The notes below the pieces were generated by a model. The model was not told the origin of the DNA, made no database searches, and was given only the letters and a program-made list of their open reading frames with translations. A DNA stretch of 63,140 bases, filler included, from Bipalium vagum (taxonomy: Eukaryota): the NCBI GenBank assembly GCA_037834085.1. It is 3 parts of 3 records of this genome, joined end to end, with 100 filler letters (N's around TTAATTAATTAA, not from the genome) between each part and the next. Parts side by side here need not be neighbours in the genome. Positions count along the whole stretch, not along the records: positions 25,792 to 44,508 come from JBBMKC010021625.1; positions 44,609 to 63,140 come from JBBMKC010026234.1; 1 more part is not named here. The stretch is one strand, 5' to 3'. A program made the position numbers and the translations under genes. Positions 42,267 to 54,172 of this stretch are shown piece after piece. Each line of letters begins with the position of its first letter. The first letter of the stretch is position 1.

Positions 42267-44436
42267 AAACTGTTCTTAGAAATAAAAATAAAATCACATA
42301 TTTTTCATTTTATTGAAAACTTTTATTTACAATATTAATACTAATCTTAATTTTTTCATATTAATACCAGAAAGGTAATATTGATCATCACATTTTCTAA
42401 CATATTAAAATCTGACATAGTATACTTAACATAATAGCAGAATACATTTCTTAAAAATATCCGTATCTTAAAAAATAGTGTGAAAAGGTGGTTATACCAA
42501 TATGAATAAAAATATTTATCTAAGATTCCGAGACTTATATAACAAAATATTGATTCAACAAAAATCCTGGTAAAATTGCTCACCCTACCCAAGCTTGCTT
42601 ATTGAGAGATTACAATATAAATTTGAAGTGCTTAGAGACTTAAGGATAATACTTATCTTATTGAAAGAGTCAGACAATTTTAATAGAAATAATCAACTGT
42701 ATAAAATGTTTGCTTTACTATGATCACCAAACTGGTACTTTGGTTGACTGGTTAAATCAGGCTGAATAAGAAAGCAAGTGAAGTATGATTAATTCGTCTG
42801 GAGAAGTAATAATTTGAGGAAAGAGTTATTGAAAGACTTGATGGAAATCGTGATAATAAAGAAATTTGGGGAAAATAATCTTTATACTACATTTAAGATT
42901 TAATAAAATAAAATAATATTTCTTTTTCTGGTTTTTTTCTTCATTTATAAAAAAAGTTTATAATTTTCGTCAATAATTATTTTATTATTCCATAAAAGTA
43001 TTTATTAACTAAAACAAATGAACAAGACTCGTGAATAATACAGAGTTGAGCATAACAAATTCAGATTTCTCTATAAACAAAAAATAATCACTTTTAATAA
43101 TAAAAAGAAAATTTTTTACGATAATTAATTTTTTAGTAAATTGATTAAATTTTATCGTTAATTTTATCATTCAATAATTAATGGTTGAGCTTAGCTTATG
43201 AATAAATAAAAGAAAATCATATCATTTTATATAATTAGTTTTAAAATGATTTTATAAGTGTTTATTTTAGTTAACTTTAATACATCTAAATGACGTTAAT
43301 GAGGATTTGAAATCTCTCACAAATATATTGCAGTAGTAAAACAAGAAATTAAATACTTAACAGTTAAATAGAAACATTTGTAATTTTTTCATTCTCATGA
43401 CATTTTTTTAAAGATATTTTTTAAACAAAAAATAAATAAAACAATAAGATCAATAAAATAAATTATTCAATAATTCAATAAATAAATAAAATATTAATAA
43501 AATAACATGAGTAATAAAATAATTTGATTATGAATAGAATGCGAAGCACCCAACCAGGAAACACTATATTTATTTTTCTGATTCCGATGGTTGCTGCTGT
43601 ATCTCCAGCAATCTCTTAATTTTGAGGCTTGGTGAGTACATACGTAAGGTTTTATAAATTTTATCTTCTTAAGAACTGATCTCATTTCAGAGAAATAAAA
43701 CTTGTAGCAGTCAATTGGCCATAAAAAGTCCTAGATGGCTTTTTCCTTCCATTTTTTTACGTGTACCTAGCTATTTATTATCTCAAGTCTTAATATTATC
43801 TGAAACTTTTTGAGTAAAGCTTTTCCATGTTTTTAGTGATCATACTATTTTTTTTACGATTTTTTATTATCTTTATTATGTGATAAGATCATCTATTATT
43901 TTCTTTCAGTTTTTTAGATAGTTTTAAAGTTAATTTTTTTTAACTTTAATTTTTCAAGTTATTTTCAATATTGAAGCCAAGTAGGTAATACATGTTTCGT
44001 CGTTATTATATATACATTATTATTTTATATATAGATAATATGAGATTCTATAATCTTTGTATCAGTCACTGTTTTCTAAAATATTAATAATATTTTAGTA
44101 TTATACACTTTAATTCTACAACTTGTGATTTTTAAACTGATAATTATATTATGAGTCTATAATAATAGAGTTTGTCAATTTTAATCATGAAATTATTGGC
44201 CTGATATATTATTTTAAAAAATAAAGAAATAAACTGTTCATTAGACAAACAACATCCTTGGTACTAACCAAGACAAGCTGCTTGGGCTTCCTTTAAAACT
44301 AATCCTGAAAATTCTCACTCAATATAACAAAGGTAATTGTTCAAACAGAAGATAAAATTTTATTATAAACCATAATTTTTAGATTTAATAACAGAGGCTC
44401 ATACTGAAGATAACCTTGATATGTGAATGACTATTT

Positions 44437-44437
44437 A

Positions 44438-44508
<71 letters not shown>

Positions 44509-44608
44509 NNNNNNNNNNNNNNNNNNNNNNNNNNNNNNNNNNNNNNNNNNNNTTAATTAATTAANNNNNNNNNNNNNNNNNNNNNNNNNNNNNNNNNNNN
44601 NNNNNNNN

Positions 44609-44655
<47 letters not shown>
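44437..44655. repeat. (TTA)n microsatellite on both sides of a gap
   Basis: TTA runs abut both ends of the N spacer. Confidence 0.9.
44509..44608. other. Assembly gap with artificial six-frame-stop linker
   Basis: Exactly N44-TTAATTAATTAA-N44. Confidence 0.97.
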
Positions 44656-44656
<1 letters not shown>

Positions 44657-44924
44657 ACATTAATAACATTACTGTTAAAATTATTATTAATAATAATAAA
44701 TACTTATTGCCAGAATATTACTATTAAGTTGCGTCTAATTCAAATAAAGCCGAAATGAGTTTTATTAAATTAAATAAGAAGTATTTTAAATAAGTTTATT
44801 TCAATAAAAGTATAGCGTCTGTTTAAATATTGCAACCTTTTAATAAGACATTCAAATGTCGATAAGATACACCTAAGAGCAATCTTTATGAATTCAAAAA
44901 CCCATGTAGTTGCCATTTTAAATA

Positions 44925-45370
44925 CTGTAACCGCTTGATATAAGCAATTTTCGATATAAGCATGTTCTAATAAGCAAAGCTAAGCTCGCCAAAAGCAATA
45001 AAATATAATACCAGTACATTTTCGGAGAAAGTGTAATTACAGGGAATGAAATCTTAGACTGGGTTGAAGGGTGTCATGATACAACCAATGAAATCAATCA
45101 CATAAACTGACGAAGAATTAAACGAGATGGGTGATGACATAAAGAAAAACACAATGTTATTAACTCATTCAATACTGTTATAGAATGGGATGAAAATAAT
45201 AATATCTCGATCAATGAAATACTTTTATTGTGTAGAATTTGAGAGAAGGCTGCAGTGAAATAATATTATATTAATTGCTAGTTTTATACGTGTTCTTTTT
45301 ATTCAAAAATAAAAATTCGATATAAGAAATTTATTTGGTTCATTTTATTGCTTATATCGCGCGGTTACTC
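44925..45370 (+). mobile_element. pogo/Tigger-like non-autonomous element (446 bp)
   Basis: TIRs CTGTAACCGCTTGATATAAGCAAT and (reverse complement) GAGTAACCGCGCGATATAAGCAAT, each flanked by TA, with a repeated subterminal CGATATAAG motif. Confidence 0.7.
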
Positions 45371-45770
45371 TATAAAAAATTAAGTTTTTAAAATAATATT
45401 ATTATGTAAAATGATAATAATATTAATAAGTTATTATTTTTATTATTATCATAAAATATTAATGAATTGTGGAAATAAATTAAAAGTTTATCGAATGGAA
45501 TCCCGGAAACTGTTCTTAGAGTGTCGTAAAGGGAAAGGTAGGGAGAAAAAGTAATTGATTGTGGGAATATGATCTTCGATCTTGATCATAATATTGGAAG
45601 TGTAGAGAGAAGTGTATCTTGATTCGTTCTTCCTAAATGATAATTCATTGAAGTTTCTTCAAAAGCTTTATTTCCCAAGTGATGCTGAACAGCTTTCTCC
45701 AACATAACAATGACCCCTCTATTTTTCTCTGTGAACAGGAATGGAAAAGTTATTCTATTTTTTTTACTAG

Positions 45771-46935
45771 ATCAGTGCATCAACAAAAGTGGGATTTGGA
45801 GACGTCTCTTCTTTCAATTTGACGATAGTTTCCTTTTGTAAGTATCTCTCGTTGTCTCACTGGCTTGTCTTATTCCGTTCGACTTACAGGGAAACCGTAC
45901 GTCATAGACGAAGAAAAGATTGGCGGGGTGATGTACAGTTCGACGGAGAAGTCGTATGACCAATGGACTCAGCTACCCATCATACTCCCGTACAGTCATT
46001 TCACAACCCAGTATGGAAACATAACAAAATTCTGTCTTGTCATCGGTCATCGGAACTCGGACATGGTCAATTCTACGTCGGATTTCCAAGGAATGTTTAA
46101 CAAGGTAAAGTATTGTCTGGAAAATGTACGCAAGTTTTTCTCTTTAGTCTTATGCCGATTGTCCAAAAGACAATACCTGTGCCTATGAGATTTTGCTGCC
46201 ATATCCCAAGGAGAAAATTCGTCAGAAGAGGTCATCTTCACCGCAAATGATATGGGAGAATGCTCCTTTCATTATAGGTCTTAGTGACAGGTGTACACAA
46301 AAGGGTGTCAGTTGCAACGGACAGTTATCCTCAGGAACGTCTTACATGTAAGTCAATATTGTTTACATGAAGATCTTATTTGAAGCCTAGAATCGGTTTT
46401 CGAACATACACACTTTCAGGGTTCGTAACGTTTGGCAACATTCCACAACGCGTCCCGGCAAACCCGACTATCCCCAGTAAGTTTCTTATCAACTAAATCC
46501 AGTTCTCGTTTCTGGATCCCAGCTCACCGTATTTCTCTTTCTTCAGTTGTCATCGGATGCCTGGTTCCCTTTTCGCTGATCTGTTTAGGCGTCAGCCTTT
46601 ATTTCTACTTCAGATACAAGCGCAATTCGTAAGACGTTTCATTTCTTGATTGTTCCATTTCATTCCACTGCTCTTTTCCAGGCGGGATTCAATAATGAGA
46701 AGAAGTGTTTCAGAAGAGTGAGTTTTATCCTTTTCCCTAAAAGTAGATTGGTGTGCCATTTCTGCCCAACTTCCCTGTTTTATTCAGTCTATACGAGTGA
46801 TCATGATTTGTCAATGTAAGGGATTGTCCTCATCATCTCCTTACCGATTTTCTGAAATAATTTATGCCCCAGGAGTTATTAAGACGAAATGGTTCCTTAT
46901 AATTTTGTGACGATTTACTACTCTTACTCTCTTTT

Positions 46936-46975
<40 letters not shown>

Positions 46976-49900
46976 GAATCACTGTCTCGTTCTGACTTTT
47001 TCGAATTCCATAAAACTCGTGTCGTTAAATTTCTTCATTCGTAAACATTACTAATCCGCAAAAAAGCAAATCCAAAAAAAAAAAAAATCCCAAAATTTCC
47101 TATCAAAATATTTCGCTCGGAACCCAATTTATTTTGATCGATCCGGGTTTGAAAATTTGCATGGCATATGGTAGAAGGTTATTGACAATTTGGGAAGGGC
47201 GGGAGGGGGGGTGATTATGTCTTGGATTAAAAATAAAAATGATTCGAATTTTATTTTTTTGCATTTTTTTTAAAAAACAACATCACTTTCCGGTCCCCCT
47301 AATGTGAGAAAGAACGTTGAATTCGTAATTGATAATCAAGTAATAATAATTACTGTAAATATTGCAATAGTAATACTAAGACCGCGACACTCAAAGATGA
47401 ATATGAATTTAACATTAAAATTTCCCATGGTCTGATCAGCCGCGCGATATTCAAAAATTGCTCTTAAAACGATCCCTGAGGATTTTTTTGTCGTGTGGGG
47501 TATTGGCGGTGCACGACTTTCCTTTTTGCACTCGGTCTTCGATGTATCCCCACTATTTTAAACGTTTTCTGTTCTTTGTTTTCTTTTTCTTTCTCACATT
47601 TCCCCAAACAAATAAAATCAATCTGACCCTTGATTTAAAGAGATAACATTTTTTTAATGTCATTATGATCAATGGACACATTGAAAAATATAAAAAGGTT
47701 TGTAATGTGATTTCGTGGTCATTAGAGAGCTACGCTAGCTCAGAGTTCTCCACTTTTCAGTGAGGAAAACAATAATTGTTCAGCTATTTCTCCACCCGAA
47801 ATTCCGTCCGATTTCATTATATGAGACACTTCGGAGAATGGATGATTGAGAGAACGTTGTAACATTTCCGAAGGTGGTCTGGAAACGATACACCGTATTC
47901 TGAGTTTCTCAAAAAGACCATCACCATATACCATGACCTTTCAAGTCATCCTTAGAAATCCTGACTAATATTTTTTACAAATTAGCGTTAATGAAAATTA
48001 TTATTATTATCATTTTAATTTTATTATTTTTCATTTCAGCGTTCCAGTCTTCGGGTAAGTCTTATTAATTATTTCGTAAGCTTTTAATAAATGGTCCACC
48101 TTTTGATCTCTTTTTGTAACAAAAGTTCCCAAGACCGTTTGTCAGTTGAGCCATTGATAAATGAGTGGCTTCCCCGGTGAGTGATTTGTCCTCAACTTGT
48201 GTCATTTTATGCGGCCTATGCAAGTGATCATGATCAACGCTTCCCTCAGCATTACTGTGCAAAAGACGTGACCTATTCATCCTTTGTGTGGCACATTTAT
48301 GTTGAAGGATTTATTGATTATTTCAACATTGGTCTGAAAAAGAATTGATTTTTGTGGAATAATAAATCGCCGTATAAAATAGAGGGAATTTTCAAAAACG
48401 ATAAAACACTGAGTACCCTAGAAAACCCATTGAACCTAAATTCTCACATTTAATATTATTTTTAATTTTTCGGTTATTTCACCGAGATATTTTGAATTTT
48501 TTATCACAAAAAAAATTTCTTTTTAAAAATATTTTTTTAATTATTTATTTTTGTAATTTTTTTGTTTTCACAGTGCAAAATATTTTAAAAATTTTTTATT
48601 ATTTTTTTATATTTTAACATTAAAAGATTTTTTTTCCAGTTATGAAAATGAAATATTTTTATTAATAAAGTTTTTTTATTCAATTTTTGTCTCATTTCAA
48701 ATTTAAAGATTTCATAAAATATTTTCTACATAATAATAATAATATTTTAAACGATTTATTTTTTATTTTATTTTTAATATATTTTTATTTTTTTTATTTT
48801 TACGTCATCTGATAAATTATTATTTTATTTTGTTCCTGTTTTAAATTTAAATAAAATAAAAAATTTAATAAAATATTTTATTTTTTTTAATATAATTTTT
48901 TATATTATTTTTTCTTTTATATATTTAAATTTTTGATTTTTAAAAATTTATATTAATTCTTTTTTTCAGTTTTTTAAAAAATATTTCAGTTTAACTTTTT
49001 TAAAAAAGGAAATTTTTTAATTAATTTTTTTTTACAATTTTATATTTTATACTGTCTCATATTAAAACGATTTTTCAAAAAAAATCATGAATTTTTAAAA
49101 ATAAATATTTTTAGAACAATTTTATAAAAATTGTCTTACCTTATGTTGTAGCATTAGAAAAATCTGTAAACATGTCACGAAACAATGTGAGGCTTTTATC
49201 TGACTCCCGTCGCCGTAGAACTGTAAAATTAATAAATCATATTTTAGACCAATCAAAATCAAATAAATCGATTGTTTTAATTTTCACTTGTAAAACACTA
49301 ATAAATTTCCGAGAGACCTAAAAGAACGTCAGAGGAAGGGTGGACTCTTTGAAATAGCAGGATAAATGTCGGTTTGGCGAAGGAGGGTCAAGTCGTCGAA
49401 TGGCGACAGTAACAAATTAGGAATGTCAAAATTTTCTAGTTATACAACGAAAACTTTTTTTTGAAAAAACCTCTCGACCCACCCTTCTAAGATGCGTTAC
49501 GGAAGTTTTGTGTGCCTTTCAACAGGAATCCAAAGTGAACTTTGCTTTAATTTTGGAAAGTCACCATTAACAAATTTGAGCTTATTAAATTTAATAAGTG
49601 TTTCGGGATTCAATCAATGATCCAAATTCAATAAATTAAGTGAGCCTTTCCTGCACCATCGATAGAGCGTCATGGTCTTTAATAGGTAAGTTGAATTAGA
49701 GTGCTAGGCTACCCCAGTGAGCTCTTCTCCATACCCTCCATTTCAAGCGACCTTCTATTCCTGACATGATTCTAATAATTAGAGCGAACACCTTGTCTTT
49801 TTTTAATTCTGAATCTTTTAAATGGTTTCAATTTAGGTCTCCATTCAACGACGTCAGTAGCTCAAGGTAAGACTCTTGACAAACCTTTATATTTAAAAAA

Positions 49901-52900
49901 AACTTTTCCGCTCTTCCAGTTCGCAGTTGATTGACCACAAGTCACCGTTTGTGTACGAATTCCACGCCAATTTCGAATGGATGAAAAAGGATTCCTGTGG
50001 TCAAATGATTGATGACTTCCAGGTAAGTTTGTTGATTTGCGGAAGTGAGTCTAAACGAAGTTTGACTACGAATCGGAGAAAGATAATTTCTTGATAATTT
50101 TCTGTTTCCTAAAACCAGTCTTATTATTAATCGCTTTGGTCAGGACATCAAGGACAAATCGAAGCAGCTGGAGCTTCAGAAGCGTTTAATCTTCATCGAT
50201 GGCAACACGATAAAGAACCGATATGATGTTATCAGGCCATGTAAGACGGTGTTTATGCTTCACATGTTTACGTTCCTCAACACTTCTTGTTTGTCATCAT
50301 TAGATAAGCACAACCGAATCAAGCTGCTCTGTCAGGACGACTATATCAATGCCAGTAGAATCTGTCCTCGGCACTGGGGCATAGATTTGGAGAGACAATG
50401 TGACTGCACCGAAGTCTACATCGCCACCCAAGGTCCTCTCGGTGACTCCAACGAAAGCAAAACATCGACCATTGGAGACTTCTGGAGAATGGTTTTTGAA
50501 AATAACATCTGTGTCATTGTTAATCTGACCAAGTTGGTTCTTTTGCTTCTTCTTTTTTCTATTTTACTACTATCTTGTAATATGGTCACAGAGAAAGTGA
50601 AATGGGTCCAAATTTTTCATTGTTTCAGCACTCTTTATCAAAATTTTTTCGGACTATGGGAATTTTATATTTCCAAATATTAATTTTAATTTTAATAATA
50701 AAATTAATTATAATTAATTGAAAAAATATTGCTTAATGTTTCATTTTTAATAAAATTATATATCGAATTTTAATTAAATCAATAATTAAATAATTGCATT
50801 TTATAATGAAATTAAATCAATAAATTTTCCATAATTAGAGATAAACATCTCATGATTGAATAATGAAATTTGTTTCAAACATTTTGAGTGGTGGCCGGAT
50901 AAGAATGAATGATAAAAATAATGACCTTGAAAGCGATTGGTGTTATCGTGGTTCATAGTAATTGTTAATGTCACTTTTATAATATCGTTAATAAAATTGC
51001 CTTGTGGTAATCTGGAGTTAAAACATCAAAAAATTGTTCCCAAAGAAACTTGAGGGGTTTAAGGAAGACTTTCTTTTGGAATGCCGCGCTGGAATAAATT
51101 ATTGGAAGTTATCAAACCTTTTTCAGTGTAAAGGATGAAAGTGATTTTGTTAACAGTAAAAATTGATATAAGGACTTAAGTGACAAAAAGATTTTATCCT
51201 GAAATAAAAAAACTGGTTGCGGAAATGTCTCAAACAGTTCAAAAATCCAAGAAACACTTCGGAAAAAAAAGTTGTTCTCTTTGATAAAGAGAACAGCATA
51301 AAATGGACATAAATGGTTACCGAAAGTAAAAGTTGCGTCTGCAGGTGGGGAATCCATATTTGAAGATTACATAAAGATTTTTGAATCGGGAAACTGTTTG
51401 CCAGAACTTGGCCAAAATCTCGACCGACCAACCCTTTGTTTATCCAGCTTGACAATGTTGAAATGCGATCTAGCGGATTCACTTCAATCGATAAAATCTC
51501 CCAACCCATCTGAAGAATGAGCCGATAAAAGACCAATGGTGTTTTGTGACCATGAGGTGGGATTTCTCTCATTGACCTTGAAAAACTAAAAGCGGTTGGA
51601 AAAGATTTTAAGATCAATTATTTTTCTGCTTGAATGAAAAGATTCAAGTAAACCTGTTGGATATACTAAGTGGAAAATGATTTCATCATGTCCTCGTCAC
51701 AAATCTGTTCTTCAACTTCAGCTATTCCCACTTTCCAGGCTTGTCCTCGTTTGATATTTGTTTTGTTATCGCTGAGAAAAGGGTTTTTCGTTAATAATGA
51801 AATCGGGAATCAATCTTACTGAAAAGGAAAAAGCAAACCTAAGACGTTGGAGTGATGCTTAAACATAAATTGTGCTTGTGTTAACTTGTTATTTGGTTAT
51901 TGAACGACCATCGTACATTTCTTGCTATCGTTCTTAATATTATTGTTTTGTTTAGATGCGAGGAAAACGGGCGGGAGAAATGCTCTCAGTACTGGCCTAT
52001 GGAGACCAACGAAAAGTTGAGTTCCAGGAGTTATGGAGAATCGATCGAGGTTTTGTTGCAGGGGTCTTTTGAGAATCCCGTCTTTTACGAAAGGCTGTTC
52101 CTTATTACCATGGTACGTCTCTTGTGAGCTCTATTTCTCGAAACCTTTTCTAAAAGGCTCTTTACTTTTTTCACACACTCTGTTCTTTTGTGATTTAGAG
52201 CGGAAAAGAAAAGAACGTCACCCAGTTGCACATGAAAACCTGGCCCGATCATGGTTGTCCTACGTACGCAGACTTCACGCGTTTCTATGCGTGCTACCAA
52301 AAGGCAAAGAAGAGAAACGAGGCCGTTGTCGTACACTGCAGGTATGAGGGAATAGGCAATTTGGAATGAAAAAATCGAATAATGTTTTCTTTTCTTGTAG
52401 TGCCGGAGTGGGAAGAACGGGCACTTTCATTCTGATAGATGAGCACCTGTCGAGAATCTCCAGAGAAACTGACAAGGTGGAAATTTACAAGAATTTGCTG
52501 AAACTGAGACACTGTCGCTGCCAAATGGTCCAAACGGAGGTAGGTAGAAATGGGTTTTTGTCTGTTCTTATTGACTCTCCATGAAACCGGCCATAAAATC
52601 AAGGCCAAAATCACTCAGCCGTGTCGTCTAATTATTTGATTCGATTTTAATCAATATTTAGGGGAGAAAAAAAATTAGAATAGTCCACATGAAACCAAGA
52701 ACAATGAGAGGTGGGTTGTACCTTAAGAAACAATCTAACAGAAACAACGCGAAGGAAAATAAGTCATTAAAAACAGATTGAGAGGGAAATGTCTAGGAAC
52801 ATTTTTAAAGACCTAAATATTGAGTTAGGGTAATTTTCAGTCAAAAAAGCGTATAAATCGACTGGGCGAATGGTCTTTGTCGGTCGCCGCAACTTCTTGT

Positions 52901-54172
52901 TCTTGGACTTTCGCAAGACGTTTCAATCAATGCATATAAACAAAACATTTAAAATAATACCGTAATATCTATTTGTTCTCCGAAATGTTCCTCACCGCTG
53001 TCTCATCCGGGCGACATATTTCTGATAACGACACGTGTTTGCTGAATTTATCTATTATTGCAATGATGTACTTCTTCCTCCTGCTAGTTTCTCTTAAAGA
53101 GCCTCAGGTTTCAATGTAAATCTTCTCAAACATCTCTCACATAATGGGCTTAGCAGTTTCCTCTTTCATCTCCTTAGTCACAATCTTGGTTCTTTGACAC
53201 TGTTCACAGCAACAGATAACCACCTTCACGACACCTTTTAGCCTCTGAAGTTTGTATAAGTTCTTCATGTATTGATATCGTTTCCTGTTTGTTGATCAAC
53301 TGTTGTCTTGTACTGCCTTCGCTGCGAATCAGTTTTCTTTTTTTTGCATGCTCATGTTCCAACAAGCATTGAGAACACATATCACAAATATTTTTTGGCA
53401 TGGTTACTTTCTTTCTTATACTTTATGTCCATACCAAGGCTGCTCAAAAAGTTGATGCAATTTTGAAATCGAGCTGCTATCGGTTTCTTCGTCGACATCA
53501 TTTTGGTGGTCGCCTTGTGGGACATTTTTTAACTTTGAAAGTGTTTAACTTTAACAGTCACATACGTCATGTGCTCAATAAGTATTGTGACTCTATAAAA
53601 ACACATTTTCAAGACCTCTTATGTTGAGATAAAAAACTTAAAAGTCAGAAGGCGCGAGATATGAACTGCATGTAAGGTGTCTTAACAGTTCCACGCAATA
53701 ATCCATCATTTTGAATATGGAACTTCTTGATGGCTCTTTTTCTCAAAATTATAAAGTTTAAATACTTTTCTCTTCTGTTGCAGCTTCCTTGTCCTTAGCA
53801 CGAGATCTCACATACTTATTGGCTGTACCACTTATTTTAAGATTAGGCTGTCACACAACTCGTGGTCACGAATGTTCAAGAACTTAAAATAAATGACCTT
53901 GTTACTATTTTAGTAATAAAATCTATTAAGATCTCAAACATGTTTTATTAATGTTTCTCATGATCTCTTGTTGTAGGGGCAATATCGATTTATCTATGAG
54001 ACAATCCATGATTACCTGGTACAGAAAGGGTTAATTAAACTCCCGAAAGGTAATGTCTTCCAGATGTTATTGACTTTTTATTTTTTATATCATATCTTCA
54101 GTGGACAACCCAGATCCTGTCAGCAATCACCACCAGACATACGAGAATCCCATTTTTAACAATCGCGAGTGA
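45771..54172 (+). CDS. Receptor-type protein tyrosine phosphatase, R3-like (PTP10D/DEP-1/PTPRB class), single catalytic domain, 5'-partial (583 aa recovered)
   Basis: Frame-consistent GT-AG exons: 45771-45837, 45890-46104, 46148-46347, 46391-46476, 46523-46628, 46682-46717, 49837-49866, 49920-50022, 50144-50240, 50304-50532, 51956-52112, 52199-52341, 52401-52539, 53977-54049, 54102-54172 (1752 nt). FN3 tail ISASTKVGFG; membrane-proximal FIIG...C...CNGQLSSGTSYIIGFRTYT; TM VVIGCLVPFSLICLGVSLYFYF-RYKR. PTP motifs KNRY, DYINAS, YIATQGP, DFWRMV, KCSQYWP, WPDHG, VHCSAGVGRTG, MVQTEGQY. C-terminal YEN tail. Confidence 0.93.
46938..46972. repeat. (CT)n microsatellite in PTP intron
   Basis: About 17 CT units. 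Confidence 0.9.
47700..48330 (-). mobile_element. Tc1-like relic in PTP intron
   Basis: EGSVDHDHLHRPHKMTQVEDK (cf. GSV.D.PRSGRP.K.T..ED), EDWN, VMVYG (cf. VMVWG). Confidence 0.5.
50900..51800 (-). mobile_element. Tc1/mariner-superfamily relic in PTP intron
   Basis: NEDKPGK, FLFQD and LNP..FLWEQ-like remnants in the expected order across frameshifts. Confidence 0.4.
52850..53530 (-). mobile_element. Possible hAT (Charlie/Buster-type) relic in PTP intron
   Basis: CDMCSQCLLEHEHAKKRKLIR resembles the BED-like C..C...L....K..KL.R motif. Downstream GYLL and SANT remnants are weak. Confidence 0.35.
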
